Of a stretch of 58,055 nucleotides of DNA, positions 31,201-40,418 are shown in pieces. A program made the translations under genes and the position numbers. The stretch is taken from assembly GCA_964620245.1 (NCBI GenBank), contig CAZUJC010000004.1, positions 1-58,055 of the forward strand, written 5' to 3'. Numbering within the stretch: the stretch's first letter is position 1; each line of letters starts with the position of its first letter. The notes under the pieces were generated by a model. It was not told the origin of the DNA. It did not search any database and saw only the letters and a program-made list of their open reading frames with translations. The DNA comes from an uncultured Pseudomonadota bacterium. Its GTDB lineage: Bacteria > Babelota > Babeliae > Babelales > JACPOV01.

Positions 31201-32244
31201 ATGGAACTCATAGTAATTAAGCTTATCTTTGCATTAACTATTTCATTTTTAATTACCTTATATTTGATTCCGCTAATTTCGACAATTGCGCATCGACTAA
31301 ATGAATTTGGTTTGGGTACGCTTGATATTCCCGATGGAACAATTAAGAAGCATGAAAAACCGATTCCCTATTTGGGTGGTGTTGCAATTTTTGTAGGGTT
31401 TATTGTTTCGCTCTCTTTCACTCTCTCGTTTGAAAACCAATTAATGCTTTTTTTAATTGGTACAACACTTTTGTTATTTATTGGGTTGGTTGACGATTTG
31501 GTTGTTCTTAAGCCATATCAAAAATTTTCTGGTCAGTTTATTGCTGCCTTTTGTTTGGTACGTTCTGGTTTTTATTTAAAAGAAAGCTTCTTTCTTAATA
31601 ATTTTTGGAGCGTGCCGCTCTCTCTCTTTTGGATTTTGTCGGTTGTTAACGCTTTTAATTTAGTAGATATTATGGATGGGCTTGCCTCGACGATTGCAGT
31701 GGGGGCATCTGCAGCTTTTTTGATAATTGCCTGCCTTAATCAACAGTGGCAAGTAGCGTTGTTGCTGAGCTCCTTTTTAGGACCGTTGGTCGCTTTTTTG
31801 TGGTATAACAAACCACCTGCTCATATTTATCTAGGCGATGCGGGCTCGCTCTTTATTGGTGGTATATTGGCCACAGTTCCTTTTTTACTCAAATGGAGTA
31901 TTCATAATTTCTATGGTTTTGTGGTTCCGGCGATTGTTTTGGCAATTCCACTCTTAGAGGTGGCATCGTTGATACTCGTAAGAAGCTATAAACGCATTCC
32001 ATTTTACAAGGCCAGCCCAGATCATTTTGCACTCTATCTGAGAAACAATGGTTGGAGCAAAAATTTAATTCTTATCTATATTTTTACCCTTTCTTTAGGC
32101 CTTTTTTGCTGGTCGTATTTGTTATTTTACAATGAAATGTCATTTATTCAATTTGTTGTTTTATCGCTGCTCTTTCTTTTTGTATGGCTATTTTTTCTCG
32201 GTTTTAATTTCATATTGTGTACCTTTAAGTTATTTTGGTTTTGA
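31201..32244 (+). CDS. MraY/WecA-family polyprenyl-phosphate sugar-1-phosphate transferase
   Basis: PYLGG, GLVDD, NAFNLVDIMDGLA, YLGDAGS; multi-pass membrane protein. Confidence 0.9.
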   Translation: MELIVIKLIFALTISFLITLYLIPLISTIAHRLNEFGLGTLDIPDGTIKKHEKPIPYLGGVAIFVGFIVSLSFTLSFENQLMLFLIGTTLLLFIGLVDDLVVLKPYQKFSGQFIAAFCLVRSGFYLKESFFLNNFWSVPLSLFWILSVVNAFNLVDIMDGLASTIAVGASAAFLIIACLNQQWQVALLLSSFLGPLVAFLWYNKPPAHIYLGDAGSLFIGGILATVPFLLKWSIHNFYGFVVPAIVLAIPLLEVASLILVRSYKRIPFYKASPDHFALYLRNNGWSKNLILIYIFTLSLGLFCWSYLLFYNEMSFIQFVVLSLLFLFVWLFFLGFNFILCTFKLFWF

Positions 32245-32465
32245 TTAATTAAATTGTTGTCTTGCGGTTGCTTTTGTTTAAAATATCGGGCAACATATGA
32301 AATATGCCTTTTGTTGCAGCATTTTTTGTTGTTGCAGAAATTGTTACTGAGATTTTATTGTTTTTGTTATCAAATATATAAAACTAGATGTTGATATCTT
32401 TGAAAAAGATTAAAGGCACTTCCTATGGCAGTTTTGCTTCTAAAGGTAGTATGGTTAGACGCACT

Positions 32466-32568
32466 GCTATGTTGAGAGGGCATTAGTTCACGATAATTAT
32501 TTACTACAATTCCTTCTTAGCGGTAGGGAAAAAAGTCATGAGCTAATGTCTTCTCACGCTTAAATAGT
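32466..32568 (+). ncRNA. candidate structured RNA (long stem with internal loop and apical hairpin)
   Basis: 32473-32493 pairs with 32536-32556 (21 bp, three G-U pairs, one mismatch), enclosing a 32510-32530 hairpin. Confidence 0.4.
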
Positions 32569-32600
32569 TTCTTATCGTAATCAATTTTGATCTCTATTAT

Positions 32601-35600
32601 TTATCCGCCAAATGAAATATCGCCGCTGCTTGCTTGCTCGGTTCGATCCTGTATGCTTTGATCGGCAGGATTATTGGGGTCGATTTGTTGTTGATTGCCA
32701 CCACTTCCACTATATCCCCCATCTGGGTTTGATATATTTCCGCCGCCAACTGGTTGTGTTGTGGTTGTATCAGGCTGAGTTTGGTCTACTGCTTGCTCTT
32801 GTTTGACCGCTTGCTGGTAAAAAGTGGTTGATGAGTTAATTGCATTTAAGAGTGATGTGGTTAATGATCCGGTATTCTTTTGATATACATTGAGTGTAGT
32901 TTGAGCACTGTAGCGGATTGACAGTGGGGTGTTGTTGTTTCTCTTATATTCATATCCTGTTACCAAGCTTCGCATGGTGGAGATTGTTGCATCATGTGGT
33001 GCACCAAGAATTCCATCGTTTGTCTTCATTAAGAAATAATCGTAAAGCTGATTTCCAGCGCTATCTTTTATTGGATTCCCTTGGTTATCATGTAGCTCAG
33101 CAGTGGGTGATGTTGTTTTATAGATAAAGTGACCGTCAATTACATCTTGTGTGCTTGTTGCTTGTAATGAGATGGTGCCGAAACTAAATGGTCCGATAAG
33201 GGTTGAGGCGTAAGAATTTCTGAGTGCATTGATAGTTTTGGTTGTGCCATCTGGAAGTTGTCCGTGAGTTTGAACGAATGATTCAAGAACATTGGGGCAC
33301 ATAGCAATCTGTTTTGCATTCTGATCGTATGCTCTTTGCGAAATTAAGCTTACCAGTGAAGGAGATGGTGCGCCTGGAGAAAGTGCAATCAGAGGAGAAA
33401 TGCCGATTTGATTTATTATTGTTGATCCTTGTGTTCCCACCGAGGCTTGCCCAAGTGCTACATAATCAACTATTGGTTTCTTTTGTGAATCAGTTAATCC
33501 TGTTGCGCTTGTTGCATAAATATATTGTCCTTTAAGAATTGATGGTTTGTTGATTGCTTGTAGATTAAATGATCCAACTGTTGGGTTGGTCAATTGTTGC
33601 ATTTTTTTGCGCGCATCAATTTCACGCTGTTTTTCTGTAGGAATGCCAAGCGCACCAGTTGGCCGCAATTTTTGATTGGCTTGTGGTTGAACTTGTGGGC
33701 TAATTATTTCATATTCAATAGATGCGCCGGCTGAAATCATACCAACAGTTCGTTGCTTTGTTGGTGAAATGGTAAATGATTGTGCAGCAGGAGGGGTTGT
33801 TCCTTCTTGCCATATTTGCACAGTCAATGTGCTATCGTTCAGTTGGAGACGCATGTGGTACCACTGACCAATTGCAAATTCGGGGCCAGTTGGTTGTGCA
33901 AACCAGCCTTTACCTTCATGTTCATAGAGATTAAGAGTTGTTGGTTGATCTTTGGCGTCTTTTTTATACACAAGCATTTTTGCTAAATGACTTACATCAA
34001 GTGGCGCGGAGCCAGATTTTCTGATGGCATCAAGATCGATACTATCACCACCAAAATAAACACCTATTGAAAAACTATTTAAGGTATAGAGCGCGCGCCA
34101 TTTTATTTCTACAATTGGTGTATCCTGAGCAAGTGGCACTGTTTCTTTTTGATTGAACCAAAATTTACGTGGTGTTGATGAAGTAATAGATTGCCCATCG
34201 GAAGCAATTGCTAATGCTGGCGAAACAGCAATTTCCTGACTAAATGCTTTTCTGCCATTATTATACAACGGGAACCCTTGAGATGGGTTCAGGTTTAAAA
34301 CGCCCGTGTTGAAACCATATATTGAACCAACATCTGCGCTCATTAGGCCAAACGTTGGGTCGGGAGTAATTTGTGGGGTGAGTGATTGCCCTAAATAGTA
34401 TGACATTTGACTTTCCATATTACTAAAATAAGTTTGAACAAAATCTTGATAAAATCCTAATTCACGTTCTTGATTGGTAATCTGAGCTTGATATTTTTTG
34501 CTCAGTTCATCTGCCCATGCATCCTTTGCATTCGCAGAAATAATTTTATTATTTGCAACGTATGTTTGATAGTCGCTGACAAATTGTTTTTGTTCCGCTT
34601 TTTTCTCAACCGCTCTTTCATCTGCTTGATACCCACCAGCAATCTGAAAAAGCTGTGGACCAACAGTCATTGCAAGCACTGGAAGTGCCAAGCCGTCTGT
34701 TGCAACAACGGCTGCAACTAGTAAGCCGGTAGTAACGGTCGCTTCTATGAGACGTCGATGATTTTGAACCCAGTCGGACGCGGTTTGCATAGCTTGTTGA
34801 CCACCTTGCCAACCAAATGCCGAGAATGCGCTTGATAACCCATTAAACACTGCTTTGAATGTATCAATAGTCAAATCAGTAATGATACTTACTATATAGC
34901 CTGCGAACTTAACAAGTGCTTTAATTTGATCAACAATTTGTTGCACAACAAAAGTACCAACAGAAATAATAGAACTTACAACATCATAAGCTATGGTTTT
35001 GAGTCCATTGAGAGCATCTTGACCCAACCCTTGCCAGTCACCAGATTTAACTGCAACTACTGTATCGGCAACAATTGTTGTTGCATAATTTACCGCATCA
35101 GTAGTTAAGCGGACAATGCCTCCTTCATAGGCAACAACAATATGTTGCATGTCAGCATAAAAATCTATAACACGATCTGCTACCGCATCAAGAGCGCCTT
35201 CTATATCTTTTCCAAGTTTGTCATCTATTTTTGAGAATACGGTACCTACTAATGATGCAGCACCTGAGGCGACATCTTTGGCTGCTTGTGCTGTATCATT
35301 AATAACATTTTGTGCATCCTGAATGGTATTGGTAATATCATTAGAAACGTCTTGCTGGAGTTGTTTTGATTTTTGAACAAAATCTTTTGCTTTGTTTGGA
35401 TCAATTGCGCCAACAAAAGCTCCTGCGATTCCATAGCCCAGTGCTTCAGCTTCATCGGCGACTGTCTTGCCAAAATCTTGCATTCCTTGCCAGATATCTT
35501 GGCCTGTTTGTTTAATATCATTCCATAAACCACTGATCCATGATCCAAAATCTTGAACTGTTACCAATTCATTGTTTGTGGAATTTGTGGGTGAATTCAT

Positions 35601-36875
35601 TACGATCTGTAAAGCGGCAGAAGGATTTGCTGCTTCTTGTGCAGCGGTATCCTTAAAATTTGTTAGCAAGCGATCTAAATCTTCAAGATAGACATAATCA
35701 TCGGTGGTATAAAGAAGAAATGCAGGAGAAGGAAGATTGGCGAAATTGGTTAGTGCCTTCATTGTTTGATCAAGATGCGTTGCATCAAATAAATAATAGG
35801 TCTGAGCTTGAATATTTTTCAACATTGCCAAACATTGTAGTTTTTCTTGGACCAATGGTTGTTTTACATAATTAGGATCAATTGGTAGTTGCTTTTGCAG
35901 CCCTTGTTGCGTGAGATCGCCTAAACTTGATGAATTAGCGATTGAAATAAGTTGGTAAAAACCAGTTTTTTGATAAATAGTTGCTTGATCATTAATTTTA
36001 ACCAAATCGAATTGTTTTGTTGTTGGATTTATTATCGTCGCCCAATCTTTTGTTTGTTTTAGTAAGCGATTGCGCACTTCATCTGTTAAAACTAAATGTA
36101 AGCGATGAAATTCTGCAGCATTTCTTAGTTGTGAAAAGTCGGGGTGATAATAAGCAACTTCAATATTAGGAATGAATCGAAAAATTGATTGATCTGTTTC
36201 GTAAATTGATTCCAAAATTGATGCATCTTGTAAAAACGAGCGCGTAATCGTATATTTGCAAAAATCTTGCCAAAAAGATGAATTTATTATCATTGTAGGT
36301 GTAATAGAGATTGCTTTCCAAAATGGTGTATTAACAACATCTTTCCAAGAAGAAACAACAATACTTCCTTGTACTTCTTGCCAATCTGGTGTGAGAGTTC
36401 CTGAGCCAATGATGACAACGAGATTTGCCCAAGATCCAGCTTTTTTTACAAGTGCATCAACAAACTCAATCCATGTTGATTTTTCAAGTAATGTAGTTAC
36501 ATCAATATTTTGTTGGTGTCCATAGGCTGCTAGTAATGCCGCGCATTCTAACTTAGTTACATATTCAAGATAAAAATAGAAATTTTTAATGTAGCGCAAC
36601 AAATCTGCATCAACATTTAATCCGGCGCTACCAAACAATGCTGTAACCGCATTTTCATTGATGGAAGTTGTTGGATATGGGTTTGGTGACGGAGGTGTGC
36701 TATTTGGAAATACTGGATTAAAAAGAGCCTGCGCAACAATTTTTACGTCGGAATATTTTCCTTGTAAGTTATCAACAGCTTGTGATGGTGTAATTTGTGG
36801 CGATGGTTGTTGTGCCAGTGTTGTACATGACACAAGTAAAATCTTCAATACTAAAATATGTTTCAATATTTTCAT
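32601..36875 (-). CDS. giant secreted hypothetical protein (amphipathic/hydrophobic helices, coiled coil, beta-sandwich, 2 C-terminal repeats)
   Basis: 1424-aa ORF; signal peptide CTTLA|Q; SD GGAG; third gene of a 3-gene operon. Confidence 0.85.
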   Translation of the reverse strand: MKILKHILVLKILLVSCTTLAQQPSPQITPSQAVDNLQGKYSDVKIVAQALFNPVFPNSTPPSPNPYPTTSINENAVTALFGSAGLNVDADLLRYIKNFYFYLEYVTKLECAALLAAYGHQQNIDVTTLLEKSTWIEFVDALVKKAGSWANLVVIIGSGTLTPDWQEVQGSIVVSSWKDVVNTPFWKAISITPTMIINSSFWQDFCKYTITRSFLQDASILESIYETDQSIFRFIPNIEVAYYHPDFSQLRNAAEFHRLHLVLTDEVRNRLLKQTKDWATIINPTTKQFDLVKINDQATIYQKTGFYQLISIANSSSLGDLTQQGLQKQLPIDPNYVKQPLVQEKLQCLAMLKNIQAQTYYLFDATHLDQTMKALTNFANLPSPAFLLYTTDDYVYLEDLDRLLTNFKDTAAQEAANPSAALQIVMNSPTNSTNNELVTVQDFGSWISGLWNDIKQTGQDIWQGMQDFGKTVADEAEALGYGIAGAFVGAIDPNKAKDFVQKSKQLQQDVSNDITNTIQDAQNVINDTAQAAKDVASGAASLVGTVFSKIDDKLGKDIEGALDAVADRVIDFYADMQHIVVAYEGGIVRLTTDAVNYATTIVADTVVAVKSGDWQGLGQDALNGLKTIAYDVVSSIISVGTFVVQQIVDQIKALVKFAGYIVSIITDLTIDTFKAVFNGLSSAFSAFGWQGGQQAMQTASDWVQNHRRLIEATVTTGLLVAAVVATDGLALPVLAMTVGPQLFQIAGGYQADERAVEKKAEQKQFVSDYQTYVANNKIISANAKDAWADELSKKYQAQITNQERELGFYQDFVQTYFSNMESQMSYYLGQSLTPQITPDPTFGLMSADVGSIYGFNTGVLNLNPSQGFPLYNNGRKAFSQEIAVSPALAIASDGQSITSSTPRKFWFNQKETVPLAQDTPIVEIKWRALYTLNSFSIGVYFGGDSIDLDAIRKSGSAPLDVSHLAKMLVYKKDAKDQPTTLNLYEHEGKGWFAQPTGPEFAIGQWYHMRLQLNDSTLTVQIWQEGTTPPAAQSFTISPTKQRTVGMISAGASIEYEIISPQVQPQANQKLRPTGALGIPTEKQREIDARKKMQQLTNPTVGSFNLQAINKPSILKGQYIYATSATGLTDSQKKPIVDYVALGQASVGTQGSTIINQIGISPLIALSPGAPSPSLVSLISQRAYDQNAKQIAMCPNVLESFVQTHGQLPDGTTKTINALRNSYASTLIGPFSFGTISLQATSTQDVIDGHFIYKTTSPTAELHDNQGNPIKDSAGNQLYDYFLMKTNDGILGAPHDATISTMRSLVTGYEYKRNNNTPLSIRYSAQTTLNVYQKNTGSLTTSLLNAINSSTTFYQQAVKQEQAVDQTQPDTTTTQPVGGGNISNPDGGYSGSGGNQQQIDPNNPADQSIQDRTEQASSGDISFGG

Positions 36876-36899
36876 TACTGCTCCACCTATTTGTGCTCA

Positions 36900-38732
36900 T
36901 TATTTCATGAGCGCAGCTACCTGTTGAGAAATTTCAGTAAGTTGATCTTGTGAATAAACAAGATCAGTTGGCTGTTTAATCTTAAATTCTGCTTGGCATC
37001 CCGAAGCCATAAAGCCAATGCCACCAAATATAAAAAGATAATTATCTAACTGACTAATTGTTTTACTAAATAGCGGTGTTTGTGTTGCGTCAGCATTAAT
37101 TTTTGCAAAAAAACATGCAGCAATTGTTGGTGATGTAGTAATTTTAAAGATATAAGTAATTGGATTGTTCACCAGAAAATCTACATCTTGTTTATCTAAT
37201 TGATATAAATGAGTCGATCCTTGTGTTGCAATTTGTTCAAGAGGAGAAATGATGCGTTCCTTAGTTTGTCCCTGTTTTTTGTTAATTATTTGTTGCGCAA
37301 AGCAGAGATCAACTTTGCGAGATTTTGGATCGCCTTTTGTTATTTCAACACCGTAAAGCCCAAAGAGACGGTATTGCCAGATTCTTTCCGGGTCACCTGA
37401 AATCCAATGTCCTCGATTGCAAATGATACCTACAAAAAATGGATATGTTGCATTTACCAGCGTACATTCAACTTCAATGTCGTAGGTAGAGCTTCCGGTT
37501 GCATATTCAGTAAAAATTGAATTGGCAGCAGGATCATCGGTAAAAATTGAAGCAGTTTTGTCGGTGCGTTTCTGCCAGATAGGTTTTGGAAATAGTGCAA
37601 GACCATTTTGCCAGAAACTGTTGCGATTAAAATCGAATTCCCAATCGCCTTGAGCTACTTGATAAATATTGTACCATTGCAACCCGCTTGGTGGTGTGAG
37701 CATAACGCCATTTTCAAAATAAAGATCATATTGAATAGGTGATACGAGGCTTTTGATAATTGGCGCATCTAAATTGATCGATCGGTTCAGATAAATCACT
37801 TCTTCTTGAAGTTGTTGATTAGTTTTTGCATACAAATCAGTTACTTGTTTTTGCGATTTACCAAATGCGTTTGTGATTGAACCCATTGTTGCTGTTTGAT
37901 CATTGGCTATCTGTTTTTGGAACAGTTTCCAATCATCAGTAATTGCGTTTTGTTGTTTAGTTGCTTCATCAAACGCTTGCTTGTCTGTATCATCTTCCCA
38001 TTGAATTGCGAGCGAACCACCAGCCATAATAATGGCTTGGATAGCGATATTAGCGAGCATTTCAACAAACTGTACTTTAGGCGGTGAGAATTTTTTTGCT
38101 CGTTTTTTTACTCGTTCTTGTAAATCAGCCGTATTCCAAAAATCAATAATTGTTGGCATTATCATTTTTTTGCGCAACACGAAAAAAAGCAATAGTTGTT
38201 GATAATCAAAAAGAATAAATTCTCGTTCAATATCAATATATTTCAAAATTAGCTTGGCTAATTGATTTGATAATTGTTGCGTAGGAGTATTGTTTTGTGT
38301 TGTTTCAAACCAACGGGTTGCATTAGAATAGAGTTCCCCGATTTTTTTTGCTACCTGTTGCCAGAGTGAGCTATTTGAATCTGTGTATTTAATAAAATTT
38401 TTAAAATGATTGATCTGATTTTCTAACAAAAAATCTTTAAAAAAAAGTTCTTGAGGAACAAGTTGGTTGTGTTCCTGTAACTTTTTAATTTCAGAACGGA
38501 GTTGTGTATGTTGCGATTGTAATTTATTGAGTACCAATTGTGCTGCTTGTGACAATTCTTCCTGAGTTGCTTCTTTTAATGCATCAAAAAGTTTGGTTAC
38601 ATCTTCAAAAATGTTCTGCTCTAAATGAACTCCTGTTTTGCCATAAAGGAGATCTGGATTTACACCCTCCTTTTGTGCAACAAGAGTTGATGCGGCAATA
38701 AAAAAACAAATAATTAATTTTTTCATGTGCAT
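36900..38732 (-). CDS. secreted hypothetical protein sharing a module with 32601-36875
   Basis: Signal peptide TLVA|Q; hydrophobic helix, coiled coil and beta-rich C-terminal domain. Confidence 0.85.
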   Translation of the reverse strand: MHMKKLIICFFIAASTLVAQKEGVNPDLLYGKTGVHLEQNIFEDVTKLFDALKEATQEELSQAAQLVLNKLQSQHTQLRSEIKKLQEHNQLVPQELFFKDFLLENQINHFKNFIKYTDSNSSLWQQVAKKIGELYSNATRWFETTQNNTPTQQLSNQLAKLILKYIDIEREFILFDYQQLLLFFVLRKKMIMPTIIDFWNTADLQERVKKRAKKFSPPKVQFVEMLANIAIQAIIMAGGSLAIQWEDDTDKQAFDEATKQQNAITDDWKLFQKQIANDQTATMGSITNAFGKSQKQVTDLYAKTNQQLQEEVIYLNRSINLDAPIIKSLVSPIQYDLYFENGVMLTPPSGLQWYNIYQVAQGDWEFDFNRNSFWQNGLALFPKPIWQKRTDKTASIFTDDPAANSIFTEYATGSSTYDIEVECTLVNATYPFFVGIICNRGHWISGDPERIWQYRLFGLYGVEITKGDPKSRKVDLCFAQQIINKKQGQTKERIISPLEQIATQGSTHLYQLDKQDVDFLVNNPITYIFKITTSPTIAACFFAKINADATQTPLFSKTISQLDNYLFIFGGIGFMASGCQAEFKIKQPTDLVYSQDQLTEISQQVAALMK

Positions 38733-38736
38733 CTTC

Positions 38737-40239
38737 CTATGGTGGTCCTTGTGAAAGATCTGGCGGAGGTGGCGGTGGTCCCTGTTGTGATTGCTGTTGT
38801 TGCGAAATAAGTTTGCGCAAACTACTTAAATAGTCTTGGCATTCTTGGCAGATTTGTGCAGATTGCGTTGAAGACATGATTCCTGCTTTAACAGCGCTAT
38901 TGATAATAATGCATCGCATGCATGGATCTAATATGAGCTCATCTTTAAAGATTGGATCAAAGAGGGCAGTAAAATCGCCAAGACATGCGCGCAACATCAA
39001 CATAACCCCTTCATATGAATTGAGCCATGTTGGTTGTTGCAAGATTTGCTGTGTGTACATGTTTTGCAATGTTGGAATATTTACATACAAACGTGCGGCA
39101 GCGGCAACATTTGTTACTCGATTACCCTGCGCGTCAACAAAGTATGCTGGAGGCAATTGACTGATAACAATGCCATTTTTATCCACAATTGGCTTTGGAT
39201 TTTGTGCATCTTGTACAACTTTTGCTGGCCAGCCAACTTTTTGAATATTTGGACCAAAGCTCAAAGCTGTTTTTGGGATAACTTTTAAGCTTCTGATTGT
39301 TTCATCATCATAAAAAAAGAGAGGAGGATTAATAAGTTGAATTTGACGCAAGGTTGTTGCGCGCTGACTAAGTGGTGTATTTTGATCAATAGTTGGCGTT
39401 GCTGCGGCCATAACTTTTTGAATTTCTATTGCATGCCGTACAAAAATAGAACCGTAGGTCGGATCCGGTTGCTCTAAAGAGCTTGTATACATTTTAAAAA
39501 ATTGAAGATAGTTACCAAAAATAGTTAAATAGGCAGATCGCATATCGCGAATACCTTGTTGCACGAGGGGATCACTTACAACATTGAGTTCTTGATTTTC
39601 AATTAATAAATTAAGGTCTGCGCCATAATCATGGTTAAGAAGAAGGGTGTTGCCAGTATATGTTGCTAAATGTTTTGGTAAAGCAGGCATACGTGAAGTG
39701 ATTGCTTGATTGGATTGAGCTTCAATAATATTTAAAAAATGATTAATAATATGTGTTTTGCGATTGAGAGCTTGAAGTGGTTCATTTGCTAAATAGTCTT
39801 TCAATTCTCGAGTGACATTCATATTAAATGTGGTATAAATTTTCATTAAATATGAATAGAGCTCATGCAAAATTACTAAATGTATGCGACTAAAATAAAC
39901 AAGAAAGTAGTTATTATTATCGATGCTGGAAAGAAAATTATTAAGTGAAGCTGCAAATGCACTATTTGTTGGAAACAATGTTTGCCCACTCGGGTGATTT
40001 TTTATTGTTGCAAGACGCAAGTGACTCAAATTGAATTTACGCGCACATGCCATAGTACCTAAGGGGGTATTGTACTTATTTTGCGAAGTTATTTGTAGTG
40101 GATTGCCAGATTTATCTTGCCACGTGTGAAAAAGTTGGCACGAATTAAGTGTTGCTGTTGGTACGCAGGTATCACTGCTTACTGGCAGATCAATAAAAAG
40201 AGCTACGAATATAAGGAAAAAGCACCGACAATAATGCAT
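38737..40239 (-). CDS. secreted hypothetical protein with a C-terminal poly-Gln/poly-Pro tail
   Basis: Signal peptide; SD AAGGA; 4 bp from the next gene. Confidence 0.82.
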   Translation of the reverse strand: MHYCRCFFLIFVALFIDLPVSSDTCVPTATLNSCQLFHTWQDKSGNPLQITSQNKYNTPLGTMACARKFNLSHLRLATIKNHPSGQTLFPTNSAFAASLNNFLSSIDNNNYFLVYFSRIHLVILHELYSYLMKIYTTFNMNVTRELKDYLANEPLQALNRKTHIINHFLNIIEAQSNQAITSRMPALPKHLATYTGNTLLLNHDYGADLNLLIENQELNVVSDPLVQQGIRDMRSAYLTIFGNYLQFFKMYTSSLEQPDPTYGSIFVRHAIEIQKVMAAATPTIDQNTPLSQRATTLRQIQLINPPLFFYDDETIRSLKVIPKTALSFGPNIQKVGWPAKVVQDAQNPKPIVDKNGIVISQLPPAYFVDAQGNRVTNVAAAARLYVNIPTLQNMYTQQILQQPTWLNSYEGVMLMLRACLGDFTALFDPIFKDELILDPCMRCIIINSAVKAGIMSSTQSAQICQECQDYLSSLRKLISQQQQSQQGPPPPPPDLSQGPP

Positions 40240-40418
40240 ATTTCTTCCTTGGGTTAACTGATTGGTTGAATTTTAGTGAACTGACAATACTGATAGCAAG
40301 GTTTTGTTAATTTTTTTAGAAAATGAGCTTTTCTCCCTGACAAAAAAGAATTATATTAAATGCCAACATGCAAAAAGATGTTCTTCATAAATACACTTTA
40401 ATAAATCAAGGTATACCT

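Noticed and set aside
30747..31211. 154-aa antisense ORF and the other short ORFs overlapping long genes
   Set aside because: They are shadow frames of well-supported genes with no recognisable motifs.
32245..32600. tmRNA or RNase P RNA (the gap is about the right size)
   Set aside because: No tRNA-like ends and no RNase P signature on either strand.
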